Shown: positions 49,301 to 61,300 of the stretch, one piece after another
Position numbering within the stretch: position 1 is the stretch's first letter
Layout of the letters: every line of letters starts with the position of its first letter
Source of the DNA: Convolutriloba macropyga
Taxonomy: Eukaryota
Assembly: GCF_964194025.1 (NCBI RefSeq)
Contig: NC_134468.1
Span: 65,410,001 to 65,474,000 of the forward strand
Direction of reading: 5' to 3'
DNA length: 64,000 nt
The notes under the pieces: generated by a model
Databases searched by the model: none
What the model saw: the letters and a program-made list of their open reading frames with translations, nothing else
Told to the model about the DNA's origin: nothing
Translations under genes and position numbers: made by a program

Positions 49301-52300
49301 GTTGACAAGACACTTTGCTTCACTGACGATCGTGGCAAAGACATCTGGGGTGAGTTTCGCGTTACCGCGGTTCAAGAGAAGAGCTCGTTTGACACACTGA
49401 ACGAGTATCTCCCACACCCCACCGAAGTGAGGAGCAGAAGGGGGTTTGAGCTTCCATTCGACTGACTGGTTCAGTAGCTGATTTTTGATATAGTCGTGAT
49501 CCAACCTCAGTGATCTTCGTCTGATCTTTCTTGCTCCCAGGAAGTTGGATCCGTTGTCTGACAAAAACAAACGACGTTGACCGCGTCGAGCGATGAAGCA
49601 TCGGATTGCTGTCAAGCACTTGTCTGTGCTGAGGTCTTCTGCAACCTCCAGGTGAATTTCTCTTGTAACCAGACAAGTGAATAAGCAGATGTAGGTCTTC
49701 ACTTCTGCATCTCGATGAACGACGGTGAACCTTGCCAGGTAGTGCACGCCGACATTGGTGAAGATGACTAGTGTCTGCGTTTCCTGGAAACGAATGTCTG
49801 ACAGGTCTGCCATCGATGGTTGTAGTCCCTGTGCTCGGAAGCGGCGACAGTCGAAACATTTGAAAGCCAAACTTCTCAGGAAGGCTCTGATTCCAAGAAT
49901 GTGAAACTTCTCTGATTCCACCTCTGTTGTATGTAGTTGCGGTTGTATTCAACTATGTTTATACAATTTTCGTGGCATTTCTGTATGTAGAGCTGAATGC
50001 TTGGCGTCAAAAGGTAGCGAGCTTCGTTTTGTCCTGCCACCAACGCGAAGAGGTCCGCCTTCAAAGGAAGGAGACAAACAGAGCAGACAATCTTTCTTTT
50101 ACAAAGACCTGTTTTGTTTGATGTCTTTGATAGCGTTATTGAAGGACTTCTCTTGCGGCTTTCTGAAGAGATAAATGAGTTTTCCGCTGATATGCTGCCA
50201 CTTGGAGACGTCTGTGTTGTTGCGGATCTCTTGTACTCTATTTGCAATAAAGGTTTTCAATTTGTCTTTGCTTTTAATCCAGGCAAGGACAGCTTCACTT
50301 TCGCTCCAAAAGTGTTTTGAAATTACTGGTGTGGTTAGTTGCTTGAAAACAAATTGCATTAGTCTTCATCCAGGCACTGCTGCTTGCAACTCAAGTTTTG
50401 GGATGCTGTTTTGTTTTAGTGGCCCAACTTTAGCTCCAGCTATAACGAAGCCAGCTGAAATTGTGTTAGCTGATTGAGATCTCATGTAAATGACTGCTCC
50501 ATAAGCCAACTGTGACGCATCACAGAAGCAATGTAACTGGTTTATCAGAGATGGCTTGATCGGAGAAACAAAACATCGTGGCTTTGCTCTTGCTGGCACA
50601 TTTAGATATTGCTCTATTCAAGTTTTTATTGATTTCTGTTTCTGATCTGACAAGAGGTCATCCCATGTAAGTCCTTCTTTCCAAGTATCCTGCAAGATGA
50701 TTTTTAGTGTAATCACTAATGGGGCAATGATTCCTAATGGATCAAACAAGCGGGCAATTAAAGGAAGGAGCTTTCTGAGTGCGAAGTCCGTTTTGTCTTC
50801 CTGAACTTTGGTAAGCTTCTGGTGGAAGAAAGTGTCATTAGCTGTATTCCACATTACACCCAAGACACGATGTTTGTCTATTTCATTGTCACAATGCTCT
50901 TTGGGTATTTCGTCAAAGCATTGAGCAAAGTTTGACACAAACTTAGTTCGACTAAAACCTCCTTTAGAGTGTTTGTCGCAGGCATGAGCTGCCGTTCGAT
51001 CTTCCTGTTCATTGACGAAAGAATGTGCGTTCATCCATGTAGAATCTGTGACTTATTAAATCTTTCGTTGTAGTGGTGTTTCCGAATTATTTTGCTGTTT
51101 GTTGGAGCACAAAAATTGCTGTAGTTGGTAAACCTCTGGCTCCAAAGATGAGTCGCGTGTACTGGAACTGCTGTTTGGAGTTCTTTGCCGGCCAAAGAAA
51201 ACGGAGGCTAGACTGATCTTCTGTTCTTATGCAGATCTGCATAAACATGGAGTCTGTCTGCCATTACTGCAACGGAATGCTGGCGAAAACGGAGTAATAG
51301 GCCAACTAGGTTGTTGAGAAGGTCGGGACCTCAGAAGATTTCTGTTAAGCGACTGCTTCTTGAAAACAGATTCGGCGTTTGCAACACGCCTAAGTTTTCC
51401 GGGTTTGCTGCGGTTGGTGACAGGGTGACGGCGAAGATACCATATCTTCTCCAGTGGTGGATTTAAGAAAGTAACTGATTTGACATAACCTTTCTCTAAA
51501 TCGGTCTCCAAGTTTTCTCATACAATTGTTTCAACTCAATATTTTTGTTAAGTCGGCGCTGAAGGCTGTCAAGCTGTGCTTTGGCAACTGCATAGTTGTT
51601 ATCTAATTTAGTGTCCTGTTTCCAATGTAAACCTTCTTCATATCTGTCTCCGATTTGATTAATTGTATCTTGGCGTATTTGAACTGCTCTTTCACTGTCT
51701 GTTGAAGTATCTGCAGTTTCTTCAGTTTCGGTTCCTGTATTCTCTATTTCCAGAAACTGGTCGCACATTCATTGATGTCTTTCAGTGTCAACAGTTAAAT
51801 TTGTGAGCGCATTGTCAAAGGCTCTATAACTATGGGACAGGAAGTTTGTCTGCTCTAGGATTGATTCATTTTTTTTTAAAAATTGGGCTTTTAGTTGTCC
51901 AACCGAGATTGCGTAAAGCAAAAGGGCTTCCTGAAGGTCCTTGTAGAAACACACTTTCCATAATAAATTGGGCGGCGTCAACCTTTAACGGTATCTGTAT
52001 CTTGTTATCACTAAGTTCAGGAAAATGTATATGTTGAAGGTGAGTAGGACGACCACGCATCCTTGAAAGTCCAATTACTCCCTGCATGTACGTAGTTTAA
52101 ACCGAAAAGTGGTTTTTCGCTTTTGAACTTTCCAATGTCTAAGCGAACAAGATTTGCGTACCTTACGGATTCGTCAAATGCGTGTGATACATTCAGATCG
52201 AATTCTGAAGTATTTGGAGCCCCTACCTTGTCGGCATCGGTGTTGAGGACGTATGAAATGGTACTACCCTTGTCCAGAATGGCATAACAATTATGTCTTT

Positions 52301-55300
52301 TCCTGGATCACCTGTAGTTGATTTCTCGTTCTTGGTTGAAAGCCAGGATTTTAAACCTGAGTTGGAATGCCATTGTTTTTGTCTTGTTGGTCCAGCGGTT
52401 CACACATTGGTAGATCAATTTCCGTTAAGTTTGTCATTTCGGGCGCTTTCTCTCTGTCTGTGTGGAGAAGACTATGGTGTTTGCCATTGGAATGTCGACA
52501 GAGAACTTTTGACGTGCCGTTTTTGGCGGAGTGACTGGCACTTAAGCAGTTTAACAGAGTGAGTTCTTCCTTGCTTCGCTATTGCGTCTGCTGGCATCGA
52601 GTCTGAGAAACTGTGGACACTTGCCAATGTAGTGATTGCTGAGAAACTGCGGACACTTGCAGGCTTGATCTTGCTGATCAAGTGGGCATTTGTTCTGCTC
52701 CTGTTTGCTGTTGCATTTCTCATAGACTGCTTTGAACCAGAGAAAGAAGAGCTTCCTTTTGTTTCGTTGCTACTGTAAGCCGTCGATTGCTGAGGCTTTG
52801 CATTATCGATGTTCCTATTCGCACGATTTTGGTGTTTAATCTGGTTGTTGAAGGAACTTGAACCCTGTGGTTGGTTTTGTTGACCCGAATAGTTGATGAA
52901 AACGTGTCTTGTAATTGTTGGAAAGCTCTGGATTGTCGATCCATCCAATCGGAAAGCTCTACAAGACCTGCATTCGTCCAATTGTTGTCAACATGTTCGG
53001 TCCCCTTCAACTTGAGTGGGTTTGGTAGCTTATCACGGGCTATCGTGAGTAATTACTTGGCTTTTAGGTCGGCACTGAAACCATGTGAGACAAATGTCTG
53101 CGTGGTCATTCATGTTTGGTCTTTGAAAAGCTTCTAGTTCTTTTGTTAAAGCACCGACGTTTTGCCGGTTTTCAAAGCGTGTGTTGAGTTCTTGAAAGAG
53201 TTACGGAAGAGTAAAAGTCTGGGTTGCAAAGACAGCCGGAGATGCAATCCTTTGCCTGTCCAATGAGTAAACTTTACAAATAACTCATTCAGTGTCAGTG
53301 ATGTCTTCGTTATTGTGGTCGAAGAAAACATGCTGCTCCATTCGTTCCACTTAAGCGGGTCTCAATCGAACCTCTGAATTCGGATGTCCGACAGCTTTAC
53401 TGAGCAATGAATGTTCCGTTTACGGTATGGATTGGAGCTCTGATTGCCAGAGTTTTGGCTGATCGGGTAAACAGGTCCACGAAGGGTTACGTTTGACGGC
53501 TCAAATTTACCGTTTGCAAAGTTAGACCAATTGTTTGGGCAACAGCCCTGAAATGGGCTGGAATGGCTTCATCTTGGTAGACGATTGCCGAAACAAACTG
53601 GAGCTGGTGTTCTATGATCAGGTACATATTCAAAGAGGCCAGTGTTTTTAATGGGCCTGGGAGGAGCGAAAGTATTTCTAACCGGAGGAAGTGTTTCTCT
53701 GAAAACTGGCGGTTGAATATATAAATTTGTAGACAATTGTGGGAATGCACAAATTGCGTCAAAAAAGCTCTGCGAAGAAATTGCTGGATTCACAATTGGT
53801 GCTATTGGTTGAAGGGGCTGATGTTGATTTCCTGCTACGTTGATAGGTTCTGATCGTTCCTGCTGATGGCTGGGATTATTCTGTACATCAGTACTGATGA
53901 CTATTAGTTTTCTTGCAAAACTCCCATGATGGACTGCACTTGTCTATCATAGTAATCGGGTTGAATGTTGATTGCTGGTCTGCCAAATCATTGATTCGTT
54001 GTTAACGGGTATCTCGCATACTTTTTGAACAACTCTCGGAGACTCGGGTCCAGAGGGAAACGGTTTTCGGTTACTGCATGATGAAGCGGCACTGCATGGA
54101 CGCGTTGAGGTGTTTCGGAAGGAAAGTTCATGCTTCTTTACAGTTTGTGCAACTTCTACTTTTAGCTTTGTAAAGCATACTGCATCGTTGAAGAGGAGTC
54201 TTCAGCGTCCACATTTTCCGATTGTGTAAGCTGGTCGACAAGCTCGTCTAATTGTGACATTGTTTTCTTGAATTCATCATGTACTGACACAAATTCGGGT
54301 TCCAGGACTGACTGTATTAGATATTCTAGTTCCCGTTTGAGCTCTTTTACAATGTTTAGTTTTCGGTGAAACAATCTAACTGTACTAACTATTGATGGCT
54401 CTTGACCTCCCATTCTCTTTATTGGTGTTTTTTCTGAACTTTAGAAGCAAATTGAAAGGCCAAGTGGGGTGAATATAGGCCCCTTGGAGGTCACAACGAA
54501 TGAACTTTTCACCTCTTAGATGTCACTTAGAGGTCATGTGGCGTAATCTTTTTACCTTTTTGAGGTCACTTAGAGGTCAAGTGGGGTCACTTTTCGACCT
54601 TTTTGAGGTCGCTGAGGTCAAAGGGGTGACCTTTTGACTTTATAGAGGTGACTTAGAAATCAAGTGGGGTGACCTTTTGAACTGTTAGAGCTCACTTAGA
54701 GGTCAAGTAGGGTGGCCCTTTGACCTTTTAGAGGTGTTAGAGGTCAAGTGGGATGAACTTGTAACCTTTTAGAGGTCACTTAGAGGTCAAGTGGGATGAA
54801 CTTTTGACCTCTTAGAGGTCACTTGGAGGTCAAGTGGGGCGACCATTTGAACTGTTAGAGGTCAAGTAGGGTGACTGTTTGACCTTTTAGAGGTCACTTA
54901 GAGGTCAAGTGGGCGACCATTTGAACTGTTAAAGGTCAAGTAGGGTGAATTTTTGAACTTTTAGAGGTCACTTGGAGGTCCGTGGAGGAAAATTAGTGAT
55001 TTTTGGACGTCACTCGGGGGTCTCTGGAGGACAGTAGATGACTTTCTTAGGTCACAGGGGGGTCCTGTGAGGACAATTAGTGATTTTTGGAAGTCACTTG
55101 TGGGTTCCCTGCAGGACAGTTGGTAACTTTCTTAGGTCACTTGGGGGGGGGGGGTTCCCTGGAGGACAATTATTAATTTTTGGAAGTCACTCGTGGGGTC
55201 CCCTGGAGGATAGTGGGTGGCTTTCTTAGTCACTTTGGGGGTGCCTGGAGGACTTTCGTAGGTCACTTGAGGGATTCCTGGGAGACAGTGACAGTGGGTG

Positions 55301-58300
55301 ACTTTCGTAGGTCACTTGGGGGGTCACGGGGGTCAATTAATGATTTTTGGAAGTCACTCTTGGGGTCCCTGGAGGATAGTGGGTGGCTTTCTTAGTCACT
55401 TGGGGGGTCCCTGGAGGACTTTCGTAGGTCACTTGAGGGATTCCTGGGAGACAGTGGGTGACTTTCGTAGGTCACTTGGGGGGTCCGTGGTGGACAAATA
55501 GTGGTTCTTGGAAGTCACTCGTGGAGTCAATGGAGGACAGTGGGTGACTTTCTTAGGTCACTTGGTGGGTCCCTGGAGGACAGTGGGTGACTTTCTTAGG
55601 TCACTTGGGGTTCCCTGGAGGACAATTAATGATTTTTGGAAGTCACTCGTGGAGTCCCTGGAGGATAGTGGGTGGCTTTCTTAGTCACTTGGGGTCCCTG
55701 GAGGACTTTCGTAGGTCACTTGAGGGATTCCTGGGAGACAGTGGGTGACTTTCGTAGGTCACTTGGGGGGGGGGGGGTCCCTGGGGGACAAATAATGGTT
55801 CTTGGAAGTCAGTCGTGGGGTCGCTGGAGGACAGTGGGTGACTTTCTTAGGTCACTTGGGGGGACCCTGGAGGACAGTGGGTGACTTTCGTAGCTCACTT
55901 TCGGGTCCCTGGGGGTCAATTAGTGATGTTTGGAAGTCACTCCAGAGGTCCCTGGAGGACAGCGGGTGACTTTCATAGGTCACTTGGGGGGTCCCTGGAG
56001 GGCAGCTGTACTGCAAGCTGGTTCTGCTGGCAGAGCACTAAAAGCTGTTGAGTGTAGCTGCTGAAGAGTCAGGTTGGCCTGAGTATGCTGGCTGGCTGTT
56101 GGAGGGCAGTAGTGGGACTCTACTGCAAGCTTGTTCTGCTGACAGAACACTGGAGGCTGTTGGGTGCAGCTGCTGATGATTCAGATTGGCCTGAGTGCGG
56201 TGGCTGGCTTTTGGAGGGCAGTAGTGAGGGTCAGCTGCAAGCTCGTTCTGATCGCAGAACACTGCAGGCTGTTGGGTGCAGCTGCTGATGACTCAGGTTG
56301 GCCTGAGTATGCTGGAGGGCAGTAGTGGTGCTGTACTGCAAGCTGGTCCTGCTGGCAGAACACTGGAGGCTGTTTGGTGCAGCTGCTGATGAACCAGGTT
56401 GGCCTGAGTGCGCTGACTGGCTGTTGGAGGGCAGTAGTGAGGGTCTTTTCCAAGCTGGTTCTGATGGCAGAGCACTGCAGGCTGATGGGTGCAGCTGCTG
56501 ATGACTCAGGTTGGCCTGAGTGCGCTGGCTGGGTCCTCTTCGTCTTGCTTGTTGATAAAATCTTTGCAAAATTTTTCACCGGACCCGAGATTTTGAGCCA
56601 AGCTACTAAAGTTTTCAAAATCTGATTTTTTAAAAATGAATTCAATCTTGTACAATTATTTTACTAATTACAATTTTGACGCATTTAATGAAACCTCGGT
56701 TTATAGAAACCTAATGAATGGTATTTCGAAAGGAGGGTTGTTAAAATGCTGGTCCCAGAGAATTCAATATGAAGAACACTGTTTTTATAAAATTGAAATC
56801 GCTTTTGTAGCTTCCTAAGACTTGCCACGAGATGTAGTTTTTGTATAGGTTACCGGCACATATCTCTCGGTTGAATCATCCATACCTGTTTGTGGTCGCT
56901 TAAAAATGTTGCAATACTTTTCTCTCTCTAGATCTCCATTTGCTGACATCTAATGCCTTACACGTTCTCTCTTGGCTTTGACCTCTGTGTGTTGAGATCA
57001 TTGTATTGAAATGAAGATCTCCCTTGTTGTACTGCTATATTAATTCACCTAATATGTCAGCCGGCTCCTTGACTTCTGAGAGTCCATCGTTCAGGTTGTT
57101 GGGTACCATGGTTCATCTCTCGATCGGCCTTAGAACTGGTTGGTAAGTAGGCTGAAGCGCCAAAATGAATACGACTAAGAGCCTCCTGTCCATCGTATCC
57201 TGTCCTTTTGTCAATATCTATTTGCTTCGTTTCGCATGTTTAATTTCTCTATATAAACCAAATCAAGTAAAGCATTTTACATTCGGTTAAAATCGACTTC
57301 ACATTCTCTTACAATTTTGGGTTATAAAGTCATAAGAATCAATCATACAATTGCGGTAAAATCAGCGAAGTTAATGTGAGGCATTAACACCCCTTTTTAT
57401 ACTCTTTTTCGCTTAACTTTCACTTAACGTTAGTAGAATGTTTAATTGCTCTTGAACGCAGTTCATAGCAATTATTGTAAACGTGTGTGTCTTTTTTTAT
57501 GCAAATTTTTCGCTTGACAGTTTTGCGCTTTTCTTCTAGAACATTCTTTGACTTCTCAAGTGACTTTTTCACGCTTTCGTTCTTCATTTTCGAGTGATCT
57601 CTATTGCTCTGAAGTAAAGCTAATATAAATTCGGTTGCAGAATAAGTGAGGTATGTGATCTGAAGCGCAGTGGTTAGTAGTTGTGGATGTGAATCGGGAG
57701 GGCAGTGGTTCGAATCCCGGCGGGGAAAAAATTTTTGGCACCCATAATTTGATCTAGGCTACAGCCCCTGAATTAAATTGCCTCGCCTGTCGTTCAAGAG
57801 CAATTCTTCCGACATTTGTCGGTTTATGTTTTGTTTTGTGTTACTCATTTTTGATCAACCAGGTTGTCAATGCCAAACAAACACCCCTTAGTAAAAATAA
57901 AAAATAAAATGGTGACCAGAAAGGTCAAAATCAAAGGTCAAAAATGGTGATCCGAGTTATCAAAGGAAAAGATATGTTTTTCTAAGATACGAAAAGTAAG
58001 TTGTGACATGTTAATTTTGACATTCTAAACAGCTGGAGACCAGGGTGGAGGACTTACTACAGCTACCCTGTCTGGATCTGGAGGGGAGGACGAGACTACT
58101 GGAGACGAGGTTGAAGGTTTTGCATATGGAGTGGAAGATAGCTCTGGGGAGGTGTTGCTGGGTGCTGTCAAACAGCAGTGTTCAATCGCTGGCAGCATCC
58201 CCAGTCTGGCTGAGCTCGATTTGAGGGAGGATGTCTACGCTATTCTTTCAGATGCCAGTGAGTTTCAACGACGGCATGACCAATCATAATATGTGACAAC

Positions 58301-61300
58301 CAATTATTAACTAGTGCAAATAATGTCGGAACTGTATTACAAGCGCTCGAATATATGCTATATGCCTTGTGCGATGTGGTATTATTAATTGCTCTCAAAC
58401 GAAGTTTGTAGCAATTATATTAGTCCTGTCGGTATTTTTTATGCAATTTTTCGCTTGACCAATTTTTCGTCTGACGCATTTGACTTTTCGTCCTGAAAAA
58501 CGGGATAAACAGGTAGCGCCCAGCGGGCATTAAGTGCTCTTAGAGCCGTTCAGTCCCTAGTCTTCAAGTATGTGATTAACAGAAACCGTTTTGGAGACTT
58601 ATACTTATGGTGTGAAGGGCGGTTCTTAGAGATTGAACCCCCCCCCCACTGTTGCCAACCCATCAGTCCCCCTGTGCACCCCCCCTCCCCCCCCCCCCCC
58701 CGCTGCGCTCACCCTGTCGGTCGTTTTTTTTTGCAATTTTTCGCTTGCTCCCGCTGCGCTCACTTACGCCCCTTCAATTAAGCTAAAGCTAGCCTCACTA
58801 AACCGTGCCTAGCTACTGACTAAGCCAACCGCGCGTCGGTCGTTTGAGAGCACTTCGCCCAATGTTAGTCGGTTATGTTTATCGAGTTTATCTTTGCAAG
58901 AAACCGGGAAAATTATAATTCCAGAAGCTGTTAGAGCCAGCGGTAGTACATCTAGCTCTCTCTCTGGAGATTACGAAGTATATGTCTGCAGTTTTTAGAT
59001 GTCTACTTCCAGCAAATGTAAAGAAAGTGAGCTATAAAAGCTTACTAGGTCCCATTCAGCAACCCTCCTTTATTTTTATGGATTAAACCAATAACACAAC
59101 CTTTAACAATTTTAACATTTTTCAGCAAAATTGACGAAAATCGGGAAAATTACAAAAACTTTTAACGGAAGCATCGTAATTCGGCCGAATGTTTACAAAA
59201 CTTAAAATCTCGATAACGCTCTTGGAAGAAAAAAGTTAAAATCTTTTTAATTCCATATTCTACGCTGGACGGGCTTTCTATACTACCACTCGCAATTCTC
59301 TTCGATGATTATATCAGTCGGCCGAAATTGACTGAAATCCATTTGATTATATAGTTCATCCCCCCACTAAATTGGGTCGGAACAACAATGATTGGAAATG
59401 TTTTGTCTTTTCCTTTTCGGTGCTTTCCTTTAGCTAAGGGCCATAGACTATTTAGTAGCTTTTGCCCTGAAGTGTGTTGGTTGTGTTAAATTGTTTTTAT
59501 AGATTCCATTTTAAAATCCAAGTACGCTTTGTTGACTTTCAAAGTTTGATATTGCCTGAAAAACGAAGATGTTCAGGACAACCATTAATTTTTCTCGGGA
59601 TTCATTCGGTACTTGTCCAGCTATTTTTTGTTACAATCGCAAAAATTTAGATAGTACTGGCGCGCTTCTTCAATGATCTCTTGTTTTTTTTCTTGATGGA
59701 AATAAGAACTCAGATAAAAATGTTTACTTTAACATGGTGGCATAGGAAAGGGAGGAAAATAGCGCGTTAGTTTGAAGCGTTATTTTTGTCAAGTTCGTTT
59801 GAATTGGGTTGAGAAACTTGTATTTGAACAAGTTTTTGGTTTTCGAAAGCTAATTGTTTTCACAAGCGGCTATTAGACTTCTAATTTCCTCCTCGTATTT
59901 ACAACTACCGTTTGCAAATAGTCATACATGCGTTCTAATAAAGCAAGTTCGTACTTTTTTGATTTATCAAAGAACAATTAATGGTTTTTATGACTTACAC
60001 ACTTTTTGTTTTAAATTTTCCTCCATTTTTTGAATTTTGCTCCTTTTCTTAGTCTGATTTTCGACTGGTTTCATTGGATCTCTTACGAGGCGTAAAAGAA
60101 GCTACATCATAGCTTTAAGCGCGGTGAGATTTTCACTTCACAATTTGTTTTCAAATAGTGTCAGTGATTTCTAGAGTATTGCTCATTTTTGTATTTCCGA
60201 TGGTTGAGCACTTAGCTTAATCTTATTGATGATAGCTGTCATCCTTTGTTAATCAACCAAATTGAATCTGATTAATGGTTTGAGTTAATTGTCAATTTTT
60301 TCAATGACTTTTGAGATAAAACTTGTTTTTGAAACTTGGCGAGTTTTTGAGTTTCATGTTATTTTTTAAACTTTTATTCTTATCACTTTGTCTCATTGTA
60401 GACAGGTCTCATCGGTTGATAATCAGGCTTAAATTATTCGAAATACATTTTAAGCTCAAAGCTATTGCTTTCTGTATCTGGCAGTCATAGTCTTCGAAAA
60501 TATTTGTGAATTTTTAAATGTTGCCCACTTTTTCTTTTAGTTGTCTAATAATTTAGTCTCATTAATGCCAAGTATCATTGTTTCGCTATTGAGTAATGAA
60601 AAGGCATAATTAGTGACTTGAATTTTGTGCAGTGAGTGTTATGATTTCAGCTTTTTTAAATTAAAAAGTGGTAATTGTTTTTTGAGTTTCGCTCGTTTTT
60701 TATGTGGGCTATTGGCTTTGTCAAATTAGGGAGCTCTAACGCTTTCTAGTGCGGCGTTTTTGTTGATAACTTATTGAGTACAGTTTTTAGTTATCGCCTT
60801 TATTGGTTTGGAAAACTTGTTCTCATTTTGTATGTGGTTTGTGTTTTTCTCACTTTGTCGACACTATTTTCTCTTTTTTGCCAGTTTTCTCAGCTTTTGC
60901 CGTTTTTGCTTTGTCTGGCATTGATTTCAACAACTTTGCATTGTGTACTCATGCTAAGTAAGCGAAGTGTCAGTGTTGATATAAAGTGATATATTGAATT
61001 ACTCTCGAATAGAAGCACTTATTGTAAAGGTGTCTTTTTTAATGCAAAATTTTTGCTTGACCGTTTTTTGACTTTTCGAGTGACTTTTACACTCTTTACT
61101 TTCTGCGTCACAATTTCAAGCAGTTGAACTCAATTGGCGGCAGATTAATACTAAAAGTCAAATGATAAGTGCGCCAAAACTGGTACCATTTTTTCTCTTT
61201 AAATCTTAGTGGTATATATTAACCTCTAATGAGGTTATTGGAAGCACTCTAGTGCATTTCTTAGTCGCATTCGGCTTACAGCCCACTAATATATTTGTTT

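Larger units (their letters stand above)
48752..57364 (-). mobile_element. BEL/Pao LTR retrotransposon BEL-2, degenerate, antisense in a PIP4K intron
   Basis: LTR copies at 48752-48939 and 57166-57364 (TGAATACGACTAAGAGCC...); PBS-like TGGCGCTTCAGC at 57151-57162 on -; gag-pol remnants in BEL order. Confidence 0.93.

Noticed and set aside
54455-56535. CRISPR-like array
   Set aside because: Units are contiguous tandem repeats without unique spacers; the context is eukaryotic and there are no cas genes.
57400-57408. CTCTT as the right-hand TSD of BEL-2 (matching CTCTT left of 48752)
   Set aside because: It is preceded by TA rather than CA and lies about 40 bp beyond the alignable LTR; it cannot be supported without other copies.
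57658-57725. Functional tRNA gene
   Set aside because: No convincing acceptor or anticodon stems, and it is embedded in a dispersed repeat.
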